Source: Octopus bimaculoides (Eukaryota). From it: DNA of 42,433 nucleotides. The notes under the pieces are model-generated. The model searched no databases. It worked only from the letters and a program-made list of their open reading frames with translations, and had not been told where the DNA came from. Of this stretch, positions 36,100 through 42,433 are shown piece after piece. The position numbers were made by a program, and so were the translations under genes. Numbering within the stretch: position 1 is the first letter of the stretch; every line of letters starts with the position of its first letter. Location of the stretch: contig NC_068988.1 in the NCBI RefSeq assembly GCF_001194135.2, positions 46,989,973 to 47,032,405 of the forward strand, written 5' to 3'.

Positions 36100-36655
36100 A
36101 TTATTGGACTAGAGCAATGTGAAATGAAGTGTGTTGGTCAAGTCTAGGAATTGAAACCATAATCTGACGATATTGAGTCCAACAGTCTAATGACTAAGCC
36201 ATGCACCTCTACAACTGATTTAATAATAACTCTGGTGAGCTGGCAGAAACGTTAGCATGCCAGGCGAAATGTTTAGCAGTATTTTGTCTGTATTTATGTG
36301 AGTTCAAATTCTACCGAGGTCAACTTTGCCTTTCATCTCTTCGAGGTTCAATAAATTAAGTACCAGCTGAGTACTAGGTTCCATCTAATTGACTAGCCCC
36401 CTCCCCACAAAAAATTTCGGGCCTTGTGCCTAGAGTAGAAAAGAATATATAACTGAATGAATGAAGACAGTGAGCTAGCAGAATCCTTATCATGCCAGGC
36501 AAAATGCTTAGTAGCATTTCATCTGTCTTCATGTTCTGAGTTCAAATTTCTTTGAGGCCAAGTTTGCCTGACACCCTTTTGGAGTTGACAAAATAAGAAC
36601 CAGTTGAACACTCTCTTGAAATTGCTGGCCTTGTACCAACATATGAAATCAATAT
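36100..36655. mobile_element. SINE C fragment (minus, about 36100-36210) followed by two tandem family B SINEs (+, 36232-36445 and 36467-36655)
   Basis: Family motifs as described for the other copies. Confidence 0.78.
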
Positions 36656-37264
36656 ATAACTCAATGGCTGATTGATAGAGATATCTGTCCAAAGTAAGTA
36701 CTAAATGCCTCATGGCTTTCTTTACTTCATTTGTGCAACATCAGGACAAACCTGATTGAATGAGCGTTTGACCTAAAGGATTCCAGCCATGACTGTCCTG
36801 TCTTCTTAGTACTTTTTAGAACCACTGTATTTTCTGACATACAAGTAAAACTTTTCTGACCAAAATTTACGATAAAAAAATGTAGGTCAGCTTATACAGG
36901 AAGCGGAGTTTGGAAATCCAAAAATTCTTTGTGAAATGAAGCAAGATTGGGGAAGATAAACACGTTTGAATGTTTACATGACATGTTTACACAAACGTAT
37001 TTAAACTATATACTACATTGACTTGTGTGCTGGAAATTATGCTACATTTAAGTCAGGCTGCTCACAAATGCAACTTGTAACATGTAGTCCTGTACAACCT
37101 GTTGCATACCACCAGGATTCCTCACCAGGCAATCCTGTTGGAGTGTTTTTTTGAAGTCAAACAACACAAAACCAGTTGCTGTCAAAAGGACAAATGAATC
37201 CCATTTATGGGCAATGATTATGTAACAATGTTTCATCTTACATATTTTACTTGTGTCAACCTTT

Positions 37265-37653
37265 AGACTGTGGCCATGATGGAGCACCACCTTCAAGAAT
37301 TTTAGTTGAATGCATCGAACCCAAAAGTGATTTTCTTTTTTGAAACCTGGTACATATTCTATCTATCTCGTGTGCTGAACCCCTAAGTTATGAGGACATA
37401 AACACACCAACACCAGTTGCCAAGCAGTGGATCAGGGGTTGACAAACACAAACACAAATACACACANNNNNNNNNNNNNNNNNNNNNNNNNNNNNNNNNN
37501 NNNNNNNNNNNNNNNNNNNNNNNNNNNNNNNNNNNNNNNNNNNNNNNNNNNNNNNNNNNNNNNNNNNNNNNNNNNNNNNNNNNNNNNNNNNNNNNNNNNN
37601 NNNNNNNNNNNNNNNNNNNNNNNNNNNNNNNNNNNNNNNNNNNNNNNNNNNNN

Positions 37654-37724
<71 letters not shown>

Positions 37725-37883
37725 TATATACATATACAATGGGCTTTTTTCAGTTTCTGTCTCCTAAATCCACTCACACGGGTCTGGTAACCCAAGGCTA
37801 TAGTAAAACTCATGCAATGAAGCTGAACCCAGAACTATGTGGATTGGAAGCAACCTTTTCACCACACACCTACGCCTGCACCT
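37265..37883 (-). mobile_element. SINE family A (gap inside its internal microsatellite)
   Basis: Reverse complement of the family A head at 37883 and of the 3' part at 37265-37460. Confidence 0.85.
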
Positions 37884-38560
37884 CTAAAAAGATGTGCTCC
37901 AGATGAACAATAGGACAGGGTCTTAAAAATTAAAGGTTAGCCTTCAACATGAAGTAAATTGCTTGAGTTTGAAGCATGCTTTAGCTTTTAATAAAGCATG
38001 CCACTTAGAGAAGGGACTAATTTGATGTATACACAGCTACACTGGTGATATAACTTAGCATGCAGCCTGGGTTTGGCACCCTTAGATTTTAGGCATACCA
38101 GGAGAAGAAAAATTCAGAGAATACACACTCACTGCCTATGAGTTCCTGTAAAGACACAAATCGTAAAGAAGTTAATTCCAATAGTAAATCATGCTGGAAG
38201 AGAACTCAGTTTCACTTCCACTATTCATTCTAAAGAGAATGTGAAGATGTAACAAATGAGTTGTTTTTGTGGCACCCAACTCTCAGTCATGAAGATGGGA
38301 TAGGAAATATAGATTCATTCATTCAAGACTACTTTATCAAATGTGAACCGTCCTTATAAAGAATGGTAGATTATAATTTTAGACAGATTTGTTTGTTGTT
38401 TATATCATATTGAGAGACCAGAAAGAGGTTTCCTCATTAATTATGCCCTTTTCATTCTGAGTTGATCTCTTGCTGGAACTGACCTTATAGCTTTTTGCAT
38501 TCTGCTATCCTAAAAAGAAATACCAGTAGAATATTGAGGTTAATTGTATTGACTAACCCC

Positions 38561-38985
38561 TGCTTCCCAACCACATGGTTCTGGGTTCAGTCCCACTGTG
38601 TGGCACCTTGGGCAAGTGTCTTCTACAATAGCCTCAGGCCTACCAAAGCCTTACGAGTGGATTTGGTTGATGGAAACTGAGAGACGCCCATCGTATATAN
38701 NNNNNNNNNNNNNNNNNNNNNNNNNNNNNNNNNNNNNNNNNNNNNNNNNNNNNNNNNNNNNNNNNNNNNNNNNNNNNNNNNNNNNNNNNNNNNNNNNNNN
38801 NNNNNNNNNNNNNNNNNNNNNNNNNNCTCCCTACCGTTGCTTGACAACTGATGTTGGTATGTTTACATCCCTATAACATAGCAGTTTGGTAAAAGAGACT
38901 GATAGAATAAGTACTAGGATTACAAAGAATAAGTCCTGGGGTTGATTCAGACTTGACAGTTAAATGACTGAAACAGGTAAAAAAA
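38561..38985 (+). mobile_element. SINE family A (gap inside its internal microsatellite)
   Basis: Head from tgcttcccaaccacatggttctgggttcagtccc; tail gactgaaacaggtaaaa. Confidence 0.88.
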
Positions 38986-39333
38986 ATATAAGAATAAAAG
39001 AAATCCCAGTGTAAGAAATTATTATTATCAGTAGAAGTAGTATTGTTATCATTATAGCACTAGGGGTTAGTGGAGTTGTCATGTCATCAGACAAAAGATC
39101 TGACAGCAAATAAGTATGGTTCTTTACATTCTGGGTTCAAATCCTTCTAAGTTCAGCTGTGTCTTTCACTCCTCTGGGGGTGACAAAATAAAGTAACAGT
39201 CAAGAATAAAAGTTGATTTAACTGAAAATCTCCACAAAAAAAAATTAGTTGTATGTCTATGCATGTAGATATATATACACATATATAAACATATGTATGC
39301 ATGCATGTATCTATATATATGCATATATACATT

Positions 39334-39373
<40 letters not shown>

Positions 39374-39381
39374 TATACATT

Positions 39382-39412
<31 letters not shown>

Positions 39413-39714
39413 GATATATATATATATATCTATATATATATATATATGATTTATATATATGTATGTGTTATTTTTCACGTGTGTATGTGCGCGCGCGCGC
39501 GCTCACACACACCGACACCATCCATTTCAGTGTTAATGGAGAATTGTTGTTATTAGTTTTTGTGTCAATGCCAGAAAAAGTAAAATAACATTACAACCAT
39601 TTGTGTCTTTAGAATTGACATTAGTGTCCACTTTTATTTCTTTTCACCCCTGTCAATCTGTAAGGAAGAAGAAAAAAACATTAGAATCTTGGACTCATTA
39701 CTCTGTACAAAACA

Positions 39715-40190
39715 AAATGGAAACTCTTCTTTATCTTCTCTTATGGCGAAGGGGCTTGCATTTGTTCCTCAAAATAATCTCCCGGATGCTTTGCTTCAGC
39801 TAAAGGAAAATTTGTGAAATGAGATACGACCACTTTTAAAAAATTGAGAGGATGTTGATGTTCTTGGACAAAAGTATTGTTAATGTTATGGTAGATAGTT
39901 TTTCCAATCCCCTCCAGGAGAAGCTTAGAAATAATCATATTGCTACCTGGCATAGAAAATCTGGTTCCATTGTTAGACCACATTCAAATGTTTATTCTGT
40001 GTTAGATGCTATACGTAACGAATAATATCTTGTTGATGCTCGGATAGCTTTTCTGCAAAGTGATACACCAATTATGTCCAAAGTGTTAAAAAGTATTATT
40101 TTTTGGAAAAGAATTCACATAGCAGCAATGGATTATGAAAATAGATTATTATTATCTTTGAGGTATTGCATATAATCTTGGATACAAATG
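39715..40190 (+). pseudogene. Decayed MULE/Mutator transposase C-terminal half
   Basis: LMAKGLAFVPQNNLPDALLQL...IRPLLKN ... RNNHIATWHRKSGSIVRPHSNVYSVLDAIRNE* ... RIHIAAMDYENR...R/GIAYNL matches the MULE motifs LMALAFVP, TNNxxExWH, HPxIxxxIxxLxxE and YLRxIAxNL; several stops and frameshifts. Confidence 0.8.
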
Positions 40191-41252
40191 AGATTTCCTT
40201 CCTTGCAAACGTTTCTTTTCTCATAATTACATTTATTTTCTGATGGAAAAACAAAAATAAATAGCCTGAAAATAAATGGAAGAATATATTTAATTTAAAA
40301 ATTATTTATTCTAGTTTTAAAATTAGAATAAGCTGTTTAGAAAAATTAGTCAATATTATTTTTCAATGTATTTCAATTATCCAATCAATATGGCTTTTGA
40401 GAGAATTGATGTTGACTAAAATGTTTTGTTGTTTTTTTTTTCCTCAGTCGGTCTTTCAGTTAAAATGCTTTTGACTAATATGCTTTCGTTATGTACTATA
40501 CACCTTATATGTGATATTGAGTGTGTGTCTGAGTGTGTAAGTACATGTATGTGTGTGTGCATGCATGTGTGTATTTGTAACTTGACTTCCCAACTGACCG
40601 TCTTGATTAATATGCTTTTGAAATCTTCAGTATACTGGACATTCAGTTTACCTGGGTGTCCCCTAACCAAATACATCCTAGACATAACACAAATGGATTC
40701 ATTGTTTAAAATTTATAACACAGAAGACAGCCTGTATTTATTACACCAAACCACTTATTAACAGAAATACATATTACAAAATGCTTAACCCATTACCTCC
40801 CATAATTCTATTAATTGGAATTTTTTAATGAAATTTTAATTTCTAGCATAGAACAGGCTGGAATGATCAAAATAACATTTCAAAATAACATTTCAAACTA
40901 ACATTTTAAATAGAAATTAGCGAGATATTGGGTGAAAAATTAGCAAACCTCATTTGAATATCAGAGAAATAAATATACCTAGTAGATATAGCAAAAAGGT
41001 TAGATATGTGTAAATATTGAGAGATAATTACAAAAATTTGTAATTTTTAAGTAATCTCATATTAGATCACTGGTAGATAATGAGTTACGCTAAAATGCTC
41101 CAGCTTAATTTGAAATCACATACCGGCAAGTCATAGGACACATTGAATATATATACTCATATGTGTGATTTATCAATATGTTATACAAATTTCAATACAA
41201 ACAGGTAAGTTTAAAACTTCACGTCGGCTATTTACAGAAGTTTTATTGATAT

Positions 41253-41469
41253 CTCTTTTACTCTTTTACTCTTTTACTTGTTTCAGTCATTTGACTGCGG
41301 CCATGCTGGAGCACCGCCTTTAGTCGAGCAAATCGACCCCAGGACTTATTCTTTGGAAGCCTAGTACTTATTCTATCAGTCTCTTTTGCCGAACCGCTAA
41401 GTTACGGGGATGTAAACACACCAGCATCGGTTGTCAAGCAATGTTGGGGGGACAAACACACACACACAA

Positions 41470-41510
<41 letters not shown>

Positions 41511-41681
41511 CATATATACGACAGGCTTCTTTCAGTTTCTGTCTACCAAATCCACTCACAAGGCTTTGGTCGGCCCGAGGATATAGCAGAAGACACTTGC
41601 CCAAGGTGCCACGCAGTGGGACTGAACCTGGAACCATGTGGTTGGTAAGCAAGCTACTTACCACACAGCCACTCCTGCGCC
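41253..41681 (-). mobile_element. Young full-length SINE family A
   Basis: CpGs retained; A-box-like TGGCTGTGTGG and B box GGTTCAGTCCC; (AGAGTAAA)n tail at 41253-41280. Confidence 0.95.
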
Positions 41682-41840
41682 TATATATATTTATTATTGT
41701 TGAAAACTTATCAGTATAATGTCATTACATATTATAAGAGAGCAGTAGCCTGCAAAGTTGATGGCAAACTGAGCAATAGGGAAGAAGAAATGTGATTCAT
41801 ACTCAATGAAACATGAAGGAGTTGAGTGAAATTTCCCCAA

Positions 41841-41886
41841 GACACCGGATGAAGGCTGGAGGGTATATCAGCCGAAACGTTGTGTT
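41841..41886 (+). ncRNA. Minimal type I hammerhead ribozyme fold (Penelope-type) with one core substitution
   Basis: Stem I GACAC (41841-45) / GUGUU (41882-86); core CgGAUGA plus an extra A; stem II GGCUG/CAGCC with a 10-nt loop; GAAA; palindromic ACGU stem III; putative cleavage triplet GUU (41879-81). Confidence 0.65.
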
Positions 41887-42402
41887 AACAACAAACAAGA
41901 TGAAGACAAATATCTGTCAAATGTAAATAATGTAAATAATGTGGTATTGGTGTGCTTACATTCACGTAACCTAGCAATTCAGTAAAAGAACCTGATAAAA
42001 GAAAATGTACCAGGCATAAAAAAGGAAGAACTGGAGTCAATTTGTTTGATTAAAGTTATTCAAGATAGTGCTCCAGCATGGTCACAACTTGATGGCTGAA
42101 AAAGATAGAAGAACCAATAAATTCCTAAGTAAAATTTTAAGCTAAGGGAGGTAACTCTTGTTCATCTATCTCAGTAATACTATGACACTGAAACCTCTCG
42201 TGTTTGCTTTGCCTGCTCGAAATAGTAACCCAAATGTTTTAAAATCAGATCTCAATGCTGGATGTTCAAGAATAAAATGAAGGGCAGATTTTCAATCCTA
42301 GGATCATCCTGATTCCCAAAAGGTATAATATGTCAAAGTAGAGTAAAATGTAGATTGAGAAACGGGGGTCCCAGACAGACAGACAGACAGACAGAATTTC
42401 GC

Positions 42403-42433
<31 letters not shown>

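Larger units (their letters stand above)
12438..38826. other. Ten assembly gaps: 12438-12936, 19484-19721, 20747-21414, 24853-25249, 25688-25697, 26189-27094, 34029-34356, 34724-34906, 37467-37653, 38700-38826
   Basis: N-runs read directly; most are flanked by (TA)n, (CA)n, (CT)n or (GAT)n. Confidence 0.98.

Noticed and set aside
37974-38001. 10-bp perfect hairpin GCATGCTTTA/TAAAGCATGC; also the 13-bp x3 tandem at about 40868-40908
   Set aside because: Short enough to be expected by chance or slippage in 42 kb of AT-rich DNA.
12029-38876. Long ORFs of 100-420 aa containing X runs
   Set aside because: They span assembly gaps and flanking (TA)n/(CA)n tracts; their length comes from Ns.
1-42433. 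CRISPR arrays, rRNA, intact tRNA genes, prokaryotic operons or terminators
   Set aside because: No regularly spaced repeat-spacer structure or matching sequence; the window is eukaryotic repeat-rich DNA.

Overview
AT-rich animal genomic DNA from a draft assembly: 10 N-gaps totalling about 3.5 kb, nearly all bordered by microsatellites. The repeat families (three tRNA-derived SINE types, RTE LINE tails ending in (GAT)n, very dense di- and trinucleotide repeats) look like an octopus/cephalopod genome; this is my inference from recalled repeat families, not a database result. I find no complete protein-coding gene, so the window is intergenic or lies in a very large intron, with at most one plausible spliced exon (5270-5373). 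Almost all long ORFs in the track come from microsatellites or N-runs. The recognisable coding sequence is transposon-derived: RTE LINE C-termini (1-293 minus, 23162-23359, and about 20230-20679 ending in two C2H2 zinc fingers), an R4/Dong-type RLE LINE (14330-15232), a MULE transposase fragment (39715-40190) and a mariner N-terminus (31409-31473). The most notable signals are a minimal Penelope-type hammerhead ribozyme fold at 41841-41886 plus a second core-variant hammerhead-like family (19845-19880, 7697-7730), the LINE-borne double zinc finger, an unclassified long-TIR MITE carrying a pre-miRNA-sized hairpin, and two templated-insertion repair scars that both involve the same TTAA-ended MITE family.
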